Positions 37,054 to 45,019 of a DNA stretch of 52,835 bases are shown in pieces. Numbering within the stretch: position 1 is the first letter of the stretch; each line of letters begins with the position of its first letter. Both the position numbers and the translations under genes were made by a program. The notes under the pieces are model-generated. The model worked only from the letters and a program-made list of their open reading frames with translations, made no database searches and was not told the DNA's origin. This DNA comes from an uncultured Candidatus Saccharibacteria bacterium. GTDB taxonomy: Bacteria > Patescibacteriota > Saccharimonadia > Saccharimonadales > UBA4665. The DNA is taken from positions 1 through 52,835 of the forward strand of contig CAIUOC010000086.1 in NCBI GenBank assembly GCA_903900685.1, read 5' to 3'.

Positions 37054-37127
37054 GTCGCATCTGGCTGAGAATGCCGGTCAGGAACATTTTCATATTTATT
37101 CATACTTTATTGGCATATAATGAAATC

Positions 37128-37307
37128 ATGATCAAAAAATACCCATACTGGAATTATGTTGTAGGCGTATTTGTAGTTTGGGCAGTAGTACTACTAATAG
37201 CTTGGCAGTTTATTAGTACTAGCCGGTTCCACAAAGTACTTATTTTCAGCTGTGGTTGGCTGGTCGGACTCTTATTTGCTAGTCTAGCGCGCAAGTTTTT
37301 TAAATAG
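37128..37307 (+). CDS. Small membrane protein (59 aa, 2 TM)
   Basis: ATG at 37128 lies 6 nt after TATAAT (37116-37121). The track's longer version from 37035 starts inside the inverted repeat and is unlikely. Confidence 0.45.
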   Translation: MIKKYPYWNYVVGVFVVWAVVLLIAWQFISTSRFHKVLIFSCGWLVGLLFASLARKFFK

Positions 37308-37315
37308 TAACCAAA

Positions 37316-37483
37316 ATGAGTAAAAGCTCAATGATTGTAATTTATATCCTGGCTATGACATCTACCGTAGTGATTGTTGATGTACTTTTCTTTAGACAAC
37401 TATTTTGGGAACGTCTGGCAGCAAACGTTGGTATAGTTTTGGTCTACGTTGCCTTTTATTTCGCATTCATAAAGAATCGATAA
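37316..37483 (+). CDS. Small membrane protein (55 aa, 2 TM), not in the ORF track
   Basis: ATG at 37316 lies 8 nt after the previous stop. MSKSSMIVIYILAMTSTVVIVDVLFFRQLFWERLAANVGIVLVYVAFYFAFIKNR. Confidence 0.35.
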   Translation: MSKSSMIVIYILAMTSTVVIVDVLFFRQLFWERLAANVGIVLVYVAFYFAFIKNR

Positions 37484-37556
37484 ATTAGCCCTGTATTACC
37501 TAAAAATATGTAACCGAAACCCTTAGTGGCTCAGGTTAGAACTTTGATTGTCGAGT

Positions 37557-37850
37557 CTATCTGTGACGTCTAGACACCTTAAGCCCAGTCCATACTAGGA
37601 TTGATCCAACAAGAAGACCAATGGACAGAGTGAGTAATATAATCTTGATCACCGGAGAGATAAGAGTTATAGACCCTGCAGGGCAGTTGTAAACGGCTCC
37701 GGGAATAACATGGTATGGGTGAAAAATACTTTCATAATTCCAACCACTCCCGCATGGCGTGTTGGCATCTGATGAATAGCTTGAGACCGCTAGAATGATC
37801 AGTAATATGATCTCGCCAGAAAATATGTAACGCCATAGATGCTTTTTCAT
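37557..37850 (-). CDS. Small membrane protein (97 aa) with N- and C-terminal TM and a Cys-containing loop
   Basis: Clean ORF whose hydrophobic termini flank ...NTPCGSGWNYESIFHPYHVIPGAVYNCPAGS. Confidence 0.45.
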   Translation of the reverse strand: MKKHLWRYIFSGEIILLIILAVSSYSSDANTPCGSGWNYESIFHPYHVIPGAVYNCPAGSITLISPVIKIILLTLSIGLLVGSILVWTGLKVSRRHR

Positions 37851-37873
37851 GAACTAATCTTAGCATAAGTGCT

Positions 37874-37899
37874 TTGGCTGGGGATGAGGGATTCGAACC
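37874..37899 (-). repeat. 26-bp duplicate of the tRNA-Gln 3' end (att-like core copy)
   Basis: ttggctggggatgagggattcgaacc is identical to 39055-39080. The sequence diverges immediately beyond it. Confidence 0.85.
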
Positions 37900-37973
37900 A
37901 ACAATAATATACTACCATCGATTTTCGCGACTCGCTCTATATTAGCTTACAATTCACCCCCGTCAAAATGATT

Positions 37974-39014
37974 TTAATAGTTGAAAAATATCTTTTGTTG
38001 ACTACTAGATATACGTGCCTTATTCCCTGAGGGGACTATGATTTGTGGATCGGTGTGTCCAAAATCTAGATTCTGTATGACAGGAATGGTTTTAGAGTAT
38101 TCTCTAATTGTTTTTAATATTATTTGATTTTGTTCAGTGGTATAGTCAATTTTTTCTTGAAGAGTTTTTTGTTTGTCTGAGTTCCATGCTTTAGGGCGTC
38201 CAACAAAGACTGCATTAAATTTGTCCAGCCAGCCACGTTCACCAAAACCGTACAGTAAATACGCTAAGACCCAAGGATCTGGAATCTCTTCTGAAGTTTC
38301 TAAATACAAAACACAGTTTTCTAGTTCTTCATCTTTTGGTAAATATTTACCTACTGTAAATTGTGCAATGAGTGATTCAACGCATCCGCCCCAAAGCACG
38401 CCTTCGACATCTGTCTTGCCATCCCAGAACCAGCCTCTATTTGGCTCCATCATCCTTTTATTCTTCAGATTATCTTTATCTGCCCATTCTAGACCTTCAT
38501 CGTTATATTCTGTTGAACATATAACCTCGTATTCACCAATATCAAAAAGAGCGTGATTTATAGATTCAATAGTCTGGGGTATCATTCCTTGTTGAAAAGC
38601 AAACTGAGTCATGATAGCACCACCATAATACGATGGTATGCCAAGACTCCATAAATAGTTGTGAAGATGCGTGTTGTCGCTAAAACCAAAAAAAGGTTTA
38701 GGATTTTTAAGCAGTACTTTTGGATCGAGAAGTTTTATCAATTTAATTTGATCGAAACCCCCAATAGATGTGAAGACGGCTTTGTTATTTGGGTCTGAGA
38801 ATGCAGCCAAAATATCTTTAGCGCGGTCTTCGAGTGAAGAGTTCATTTGTCTTGTTGTATGGTATTCAATGGGTTTGAGGCCAAAATGCTCCCTTAGTCT
38901 ATCTATCCCTAATTCATAGACCCACGGGAATATACCCGGTAATCCAGCAGATGGAGATATAACGGCAACTTGATCGCCCTTCTTTAATTTTGGAAGTGTA
39001 ATAAACTGTTTCAT
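37974..39014 (-). CDS. Peptidase S66 family LD-carboxypeptidase (LdcA/MccF-like)
   Basis: GDQVAVISPS, SIGGFDQ, FGFSDNTHLH (Ser nucleophile), ETSEE, FGHTDP (His). Confidence 0.8.
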   Translation of the reverse strand: MKQFITLPKLKKGDQVAVISPSAGLPGIFPWVYELGIDRLREHFGLKPIEYHTTRQMNSSLEDRAKDILAAFSDPNNKAVFTSIGGFDQIKLIKLLDPKVLLKNPKPFFGFSDNTHLHNYLWSLGIPSYYGGAIMTQFAFQQGMIPQTIESINHALFDIGEYEVICSTEYNDEGLEWADKDNLKNKRMMEPNRGWFWDGKTDVEGVLWGGCVESLIAQFTVGKYLPKDEELENCVLYLETSEEIPDPWVLAYLLYGFGERGWLDKFNAVFVGRPKAWNSDKQKTLQEKIDYTTEQNQIILKTIREYSKTIPVIQNLDFGHTDPQIIVPSGNKARISSSQQKIFFNY

Positions 39015-39055
39015 TAAAATATACTATGCAAAGCGATTACTTTTGGTGCAAGTCT

Positions 39056-39130
39056 TGGCTGGGGATGAGGGATTCGAACCCCCGAATGCCAGTACCAAAA
39101 ACTGGTGCCTTACCACTTGGCCAATCCCCA
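39056..39130 (-). tRNA. tRNA-Gln (anticodon UUG), CCA encoded
   Basis: The reverse complement UGGGGAUUGGCCAAGUGGUAAGGCACCAGUUUUUGGUACUGGCAUUCGGGGGUUCGAAUCCCUCAUCCCCAGCCA folds as a cloverleaf. It has a 7-bp acceptor stem, anticodon stem CCAGU/ACUGG with loop UUUUGGU, and T-loop UUCGAAU. It is very similar to E. coli tRNA-Gln. Confidence 0.9.
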
Positions 39131-39244
39131 ATAACAGACTAATTTTATCCTATAATAACGTGTCTGACAAATTAAAGCATATATGATTTGTAATATGTTG
39201 TAAATATGTTGTTATATAGACTTTTATAGAGTAGAGTTATATAT

Positions 39245-40153
39245 ATGAAATCGAGGTTACTTAGGACTCCAAATAAATATATAATGCCTTTAAATGTGAA
39301 TTCACTTAGGGGAAATTTATATTATAAAAAAAATTACAGTATAACTTCAAAACATTTACTTTATATTCCTGACTTAAGGTCAGATATTCACACAAACTTT
39401 AATGTGCTACAAACATTATCAGCTTATGGTTCAGTTACAGCAATTGATCTTCCAGGAATTGGTGGAATGGAGAGTTTCTATAAAATTGATAGAAAACCAA
39501 CAATTGAAAACTACGCAGATTACTTATCCTCGCTAATAAGACTAAGATATAAAAATAAAAATATTATACTAGTAGGACAAGGTTTTGGTTTTATAGTTTT
39601 AACTAGAATGCTTCAAAAAAATCCAAATATTGCCAAGCAAGTGAGATTAGTGATCGCTATCGACGGTATCGCTAGGTTTGATGACTTATCTATAGACAAA
39701 AAAACTCGAATATATTACAGATTTATTGGCTTATTACATATCATAGCTCAACTTTTGGTTTCAATTGGTCTAAAGTATCATTTCCTAGAAAAAGGAATAT
39801 TTAATAGATCAAATAAAAAAGATCTTTTTCAAAATTTGTTATCAACTGATACAAAATTTGCTAATAAATCATTACATAGTAATGATTTAGCTACTCATCT
39901 CTATTTACTTAGGAGAATTTCTATGTTTGATAATTGTACTAGCGAACAACTAGATATACCCCTTTGGAATATAATATTAGATGATTCATCGATAGATAAA
40001 GAAGTTAATGAGCAGCATCTAAGGATTATATATAAAAGATATTATCAGTCGACACCGAAAATTGGATACTATGACCTTTTTGTCGTAAACGATAAACTTA
40101 TGTCAAGTTTAATCAACTCAAAGCTTAAAAGATTATTGACAAGAAAACGTTAG
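39245..40153 (+). CDS. Alpha/beta-hydrolase-fold protein lacking the nucleophile serine
   Basis: AIDLPGIGGMES resembles the DLPGxGxS strand-loop. The nucleophile elbow reads LVGQGFGF (G-x-G-x-G instead of G-x-S-x-G). Confidence 0.45.
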   Translation: MKSRLLRTPNKYIMPLNVNSLRGNLYYKKNYSITSKHLLYIPDLRSDIHTNFNVLQTLSAYGSVTAIDLPGIGGMESFYKIDRKPTIENYADYLSSLIRLRYKNKNIILVGQGFGFIVLTRMLQKNPNIAKQVRLVIAIDGIARFDDLSIDKKTRIYYRFIGLLHIIAQLLVSIGLKYHFLEKGIFNRSNKKDLFQNLLSTDTKFANKSLHSNDLATHLYLLRRISMFDNCTSEQLDIPLWNIILDDSSIDKEVNEQHLRIIYKRYYQSTPKIGYYDLFVVNDKLMSSLINSKLKRLLTRKR

Positions 40154-40158
40154 AGGAA

Positions 40159-41265
40159 TTATAGCCAAGTTAAACTCTGGTAATAGTAGTTATTAGAGAA
40201 AAATACTTGTGCGGCCACAGACCACAATTGCTGTTTATTACCAAGAAGTGTTATTTCTGGAATTATGCCGATTAACTCAGTACCCTCACCTATATAGGGA
40301 ATACATCTCCTAGTTATTTCATCGATTCCATCTATCCCGAACTTACGACAACCATAGTTTATTAATGCCTGTTCGAAAATCCAAACAACATAACCATGAT
40401 ACTTATCATGGAGTTTTTCACCGATGTCTTTTGGGTTACACGCTATTCCAGCTTCTGTAGTTAAGGATTTTGATCGACTGAGCATATACTCAATTGGTAA
40501 TAATTCTTTATAATCTAGCGGTATATAGGCTAATGAGTGAAGCTCGTCAGATGATGGCTGTTTAAGAAAACCCGATTTATCCTCAAATATCCTATATGAT
40601 TTTTCTGTAATAAATTTTTTAATCCCTTTCTTGAACATTTCATCGGCCAGATTCTTAAGCTCAACATTATCCAATATTTTTGAAGCAGCTAGAATACCTC
40701 TAGCGTTTATAAAGTGAGCAAGTCCATAGGCAATGGGATAATCTGGTTCTCCGTTTTCAGATGTTAGCGGCAGAATAGAGTCTTTCCAGTAGGTTGTAAG
40801 TAATGCAAATTCAGTTGCATCCGATGGCGGAAATTCCCAAAATATGCTATCTTTAAGATGATTTTTTATGTAATCAACGCATTTTTTTGTACTAGTTTTT
40901 AAAGATGATAATTTTTCGTCAGATAATTGTCTATCATCTAATAAGAGCCTTTCAATTGCCATAAGAAATAAAGCTGTAGTATCGCAAGCATTATAGGTTG
41001 TAATCAAATTTTGACGAAGCATAATACCCGGAAATTCATGATGAATCTTACCTACTTCAGCTCCATCGTATTGATTTTCTTTTTCCGACTGATAAGAATA
41101 TGATATGTCTATCTGGCTCGATAACATATCCATATTATTTGCAAGAAAAGCAGAGATCAAAACATCTCTTGTGAAATTGTTAGGATAACCAGGAATTCCA
41201 GCAACATAACTGGTTTCATTTCCTACTTTTTTCTCAAAAATTTTAAACTTAGGATTTTTAGGCAT
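40159..41265 (-). CDS. Amylo-alpha-1,6-glucosidase/glycogen-debranching-like (alpha/alpha)6 toroid protein
   Basis: TRDVLISAFL, GKIHHEF, ACDTTALFLMAI, TYWKDS, YHGYVVWIFEQA resemble the GDE_C family pattern. Confidence 0.5.
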   Translation of the reverse strand: MPKNPKFKIFEKKVGNETSYVAGIPGYPNNFTRDVLISAFLANNMDMLSSQIDISYSYQSEKENQYDGAEVGKIHHEFPGIMLRQNLITTYNACDTTALFLMAIERLLLDDRQLSDEKLSSLKTSTKKCVDYIKNHLKDSIFWEFPPSDATEFALLTTYWKDSILPLTSENGEPDYPIAYGLAHFINARGILAASKILDNVELKNLADEMFKKGIKKFITEKSYRIFEDKSGFLKQPSSDELHSLAYIPLDYKELLPIEYMLSRSKSLTTEAGIACNPKDIGEKLHDKYHGYVVWIFEQALINYGCRKFGIDGIDEITRRCIPYIGEGTELIGIIPEITLLGNKQQLWSVAAQVFFSNNYYYQSLTWL

Positions 41266-41371
41266 CTATATAGTCTAGCAAACAACATTATGTATATAAA
41301 ATTGTGTTAAATTACTTAATTTTGTTTACATAGTATTTATGCTATTATATAGAAAATATTAAGAAATAGAA

Positions 41372-42478
41372 ATGAGTAATATTATGGAAAATCAACCAGA
41401 AAATGTTCAGCAGAATAACGAACAATCAATAGATCCAGAGCACGACGCCGGGCGTCAAGAAGATAGAAGTGAATTTCTCGCTGAAACTGTCACTCAGCCT
41501 GAAGTTTCTCCTCAAAATGATCAACCAGAAGATCCAAATAACGTTGAGAATACTGGTTTAAGCCCTGAAGATAATCAAAAAGCTATTGAATTACGTGAGG
41601 CACATAAAAATGCAGTTAATGATATAGAAACTGCCGGTCAAGGTGCTTCAGAAAATAGCCCTAATACTGATATTGCAAATTTTACTGATCCATCAGAATT
41701 AGATACTGCTGTACAGAGGAATAATGATGTTATAGAAGAATCGAAAGAACATCTTGACCAGCATCTGCCCGAGTATATTGAAACTGCGAAACAGGAAGCT
41801 GAAGCTGATGGTGTCCAAATAAATTCAAACATGGAAGATAATAAGGAATCTGATAATTCAACATCACCAGAAAATTCTATTAAAGATATTGATCTAGCAA
41901 ATCAACTTGCAACCATGGAGGATCAAATAAGACCTCTCGAATCTATGATTGACCATATTCAAAACACTGATTTTTCTGATGAAAAAAAAATAATGTTGAA
42001 AGAAAAATTAATTAATACTGTAGAAAGCTTAAAAACAAAATCTGCGGATCTTGAACGTGAATATACTGATTCTTATAGAAAAGAATTAGATTATATATTA
42101 GAGAGAGTTGTAAATGCTGTCACTGACAATGAAGTTTTTAAAGATGTTGGGATAATAGAATTAACCGGCAATAATACATTAACATATGCTCAAAACGTTT
42201 CCCTGACTAAAGAGCTTGCAAGAGCTACTGGTGCAGAAATTGACGAATCAATTTTCGATAGAAGCGTGAAGCCTAAAATTGCTCTCGATGAAGAGCTTGC
42301 AAGTGGCAAACAAAAACAAGATCAACCTTATGTTTATGAAATTCCTGATAAATTTGGTAATTATTTGATATTTCATTTTGAAGTAGATGAATCTGGAAAT
42401 AAGTATAATTTGGTGACTGATTATAAATCTGGAAAAGACAACCATGATACAGATATTAATCCCGTACACTTCGATTAA
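41372..42478 (+). CDS. Highly acidic hypothetical protein (368 aa)
   Basis: Clean ORF. The N-terminal ~200 aa are Glu/Asp/Asn/Gln-rich and probably disordered, followed by a helical middle part and a small C-terminal globular part. Confidence 0.5.
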   Translation: MSNIMENQPENVQQNNEQSIDPEHDAGRQEDRSEFLAETVTQPEVSPQNDQPEDPNNVENTGLSPEDNQKAIELREAHKNAVNDIETAGQGASENSPNTDIANFTDPSELDTAVQRNNDVIEESKEHLDQHLPEYIETAKQEAEADGVQINSNMEDNKESDNSTSPENSIKDIDLANQLATMEDQIRPLESMIDHIQNTDFSDEKKIMLKEKLINTVESLKTKSADLEREYTDSYRKELDYILERVVNAVTDNEVFKDVGIIELTGNNTLTYAQNVSLTKELARATGAEIDESIFDRSVKPKIALDEELASGKQKQDQPYVYEIPDKFGNYLIFHFEVDESGNKYNLVTDYKSGKDNHDTDINPVHFD

Positions 42479-42528
42479 TATTATTTAGCTTAGCTTGTAT
42501 TATGATATTTTCATGAGATAATAAAGTT

Positions 42529-43629
42529 ATGTTAAATTTTCTCAATCGCAATAAAGATAATGAAGTTAATATAAATATTAGTAACAGAAATGTTGTAAGA
42601 GTTATTTTTATAATTTTAATTTCGTATTTTTTTTTACTTGGATTAAAGAAAACAGCCTATCCTATTAAATTAGTTATAATTTCAATATTTATTACCTTCG
42701 CTATTAATCATCCAGTTCATAAACTTTCTCATTTAATGCCAGGCAGACTGAAGGGTAATCGAGTACTAGGTACTGCTATATCATTAATAATCGTCTTAGC
42801 GGGATTATCAATCTTTATGGCAAGTATTGTTCCACCACTTATAAAACAAACAGATAATTTCATTAAAATTGCACCATCCCTTGTGCAAGATTTACATAAT
42901 CAAAATAGTAGTATTGGAAAGATTATTAATAAGTATCACCTGGATAGTTCTGTTAATTATGTATCAACACAACTAGCTAATCGTGTTAATTCTGTTTCAG
43001 GTAAAACCTTTTCAACAATTACAGACGTTACTTCAAGTATATTCTCAGTAGTTTCGGTTCTCGTTCTAACTTTTATGATGCTGATAGAAGGCCCTCGGTG
43101 GTTAAAATTCGGACATAATTTACTCGACGATCGTAAACAAAAGATTGCAACCAGAATTAGTAATGAAATGTATGACGTAATCAAAGGCTATGTAAATGGA
43201 CAGGTATTAATGGCAGCAATTGCAGCTGTTATTATTGTACTGCCATTAATCTATCTCAATGTTAGCTATCCTATTGCACTTATGGTTATAGTTTTTATCT
43301 GCGGTCTAATTCCTATGGTTGGACATACCTTAGGTGCAGTCATAATAACTACTGTATCTTTATTCCATTCACCAATTGATGCTGTTATAGTTCTTGCGTA
43401 TTATATTCTATATATGCAAATTGAAGCATACGTCATACAGCCTAAAATACAATCCTCTAAGACAAATTTAACACCTTTGATGGTATTTGTATCATTACTT
43501 ATTGGACTTAGCATTGATGGGCTTGTGGGAGGTCTAATGGCTATTCCAATCGCTGGTTGTCTCAAAGTTTTGATAGAAGAGTACTTGAGAACACATGGTT
43601 ATATTAGTCGAGAGGAAACCAAAGGCTAG
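42529..43629 (+). CDS. AI-2E family transporter (PerM/YhhT-like, UPF0118)
   Basis: About 8 TM segments, with the characteristic ...GLIPMVGHTLGAVI... and QPKI...PL motifs. Confidence 0.75.
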   Translation: MLNFLNRNKDNEVNINISNRNVVRVIFIILISYFFLLGLKKTAYPIKLVIISIFITFAINHPVHKLSHLMPGRLKGNRVLGTAISLIIVLAGLSIFMASIVPPLIKQTDNFIKIAPSLVQDLHNQNSSIGKIINKYHLDSSVNYVSTQLANRVNSVSGKTFSTITDVTSSIFSVVSVLVLTFMMLIEGPRWLKFGHNLLDDRKQKIATRISNEMYDVIKGYVNGQVLMAAIAAVIIVLPLIYLNVSYPIALMVIVFICGLIPMVGHTLGAVIITTVSLFHSPIDAVIVLAYYILYMQIEAYVIQPKIQSSKTNLTPLMVFVSLLIGLSIDGLVGGLMAIPIAGCLKVLIEEYLRTHGYISREETKG

Positions 43630-45019
43630 CTTCACCGACATCACGTAGTCCGATTCCCTGTTCTTCAAGAATTTTCCTTGACTCATCAGCTTTATCCCAA
43701 TTTTTATCTAATCTGTAATTTTTTCTATCGCTAATAAGTTTTTTCTGATCATTAGTTAGGCTAATTTTTTTGACTATATTGATTCCAAATAATTCATTGA
43801 CAAATATATTAAATTTCTCAATAACCAATATATCATCATCACTTATTTGATTAAGATTAGACACATAACTAGCTAGCTCGTGAAGAGCAGATAGTGCTCT
43901 AGGTGTATTAAGGTTATCGGCCATAAAATCAAGCATAGATCTTTTTGTTCTAGCTATATTAGTACGAAGCTGTTTATTTTCATTATTAGTTTTTACGCCA
44001 GAGTATATCCATGAGAAATCTCTTATTAAATTTTTAAGTGAGGATTGAGCTCCAGATAAAAGTTCAAATGTGAACTGTGACTGATTTATGTAATTTGATT
44101 GGATTACTAGTAGTCTAAACGCTTCAAGTGATATGTTCCTCGATTCGATATCTTCCAAATTTATACCATTGTCTAAGCTTTTAGAGATCTTACTACCGTC
44201 AATACTTAAGTGACTAGTATGAAACCAAATATTTGCGAGTGGCTGACCATTGGCGGCTTCTGACTGAGCTATTTCATTTGTATGGTGTACGGGGATGTGA
44301 TCAATCCCGCCTGCATGAATATCCATTGTGGGACCTAGGTATTTAAGGGCCATTGCAGAACATTCAATATGCCATCCGGGAAAACCCTTTCCCCATGGAC
44401 TATCCCATTCCATATCTCTCTTACCGCTACTTGGTGAAAATTTCCATAAAGCGAAATCTATTTGACGATGTTTTTCAGGATTTACTTCAACTCTTGCTCC
44501 ATCAACCTGATCTTCTAAGTTTAGTCGAGCTAGCTTAATGTATTGAGGAAACTTAGCAACATCAAAATATATTCCATCGGATATTTTATATGTGAGCCCT
44601 TTCTCTTCAAGAACTTTTATAAAGTCAATTTGTTCCTGAATGTGGTCGGTTGCTTTTGGCATAAAGTCTGGTTTTAGAATATTGAGCCTAGATAGACCAC
44701 TTATGAAATAGTCCGTATAGAGCTTAGCAATTGCATAAGCGTCCTTATTTTCTTTGAGAGCCTTTTTTACAAGCTTGTCCTCACCTTGATCTGCATCACT
44801 AACAAGATGACCAACATCAGTAATATTAAGGACCCATTTTGTTTTATAATTATGTGCTTTCAGTGATCTGACTAATAAATCATATCTGATGAATGTAAAC
44901 CAATTACCAATATGTGGATAATCGTAAACAGTTGGGCCACAAGTATAGATTGATACTTCTGGCTTATTTATTGGTTTAAGCTCATCAATTTGACGTGATA
45001 ATGTATTATAAAGTTTCAT
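43604..45019 (-). CDS. cysS: Cysteine--tRNA ligase
   Basis: CGPTVYDYPHIGN (HIGH), WHIECS zinc site, KISKS (KMSKS). Confidence 0.9.
   Translation of the reverse strand: MKLYNTLSRQIDELKPINKPEVSIYTCGPTVYDYPHIGNWFTFIRYDLLVRSLKAHNYKTKWVLNITDVGHLVSDADQGEDKLVKKALKENKDAYAIAKLYTDYFISGLSRLNILKPDFMPKATDHIQEQIDFIKVLEEKGLTYKISDGIYFDVAKFPQYIKLARLNLEDQVDGARVEVNPEKHRQIDFALWKFSPSSGKRDMEWDSPWGKGFPGWHIECSAMALKYLGPTMDIHAGGIDHIPVHHTNEIAQSEAANGQPLANIWFHTSHLSIDGSKISKSLDNGINLEDIESRNISLEAFRLLVIQSNYINQSQFTFELLSGAQSSLKNLIRDFSWIYSGVKTNNENKQLRTNIARTKRSMLDFMADNLNTPRALSALHELASYVSNLNQISDDDILVIEKFNIFVNELFGINIVKKISLTNDQKKLISDRKNYRLDKNWDKADESRKILEEQGIGLRDVGEASLWFPLD

Larger units (their letters stand above)
31444..39055. mobile_element. 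Putative decayed genomic island(s) abutting the 3' end of tRNA-Gln (no integrase present)
   Basis: Visibly higher GC than the flanks. It ends exactly at the tRNA-Gln 3' end, has an internal 26-bp tRNA-end repeat at 37874-37899, truncated genes, and chimeric duplicated fragments at the left edge. Confidence 0.35.

Noticed and set aside
37035-37127. Longer version of the small membrane protein ORF starting at 37035
   Set aside because: That ATG lies inside the loop of the 10-bp inverted repeat, and the extra 31 aa are not hydrophobic or helical like the rest. ATG at 37128, with TATAAT 6 nt upstream, is the better start.
31444-39055. Search for integrase, transposase, inverted terminal repeats or toxin-antitoxin/defence genes in the island
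   Set aside because: None of the ORFs shows tyrosine or serine recombinase, DDE transposase or known defence-system motifs. The island is therefore described only as a decayed remnant, not as an active mobile element.
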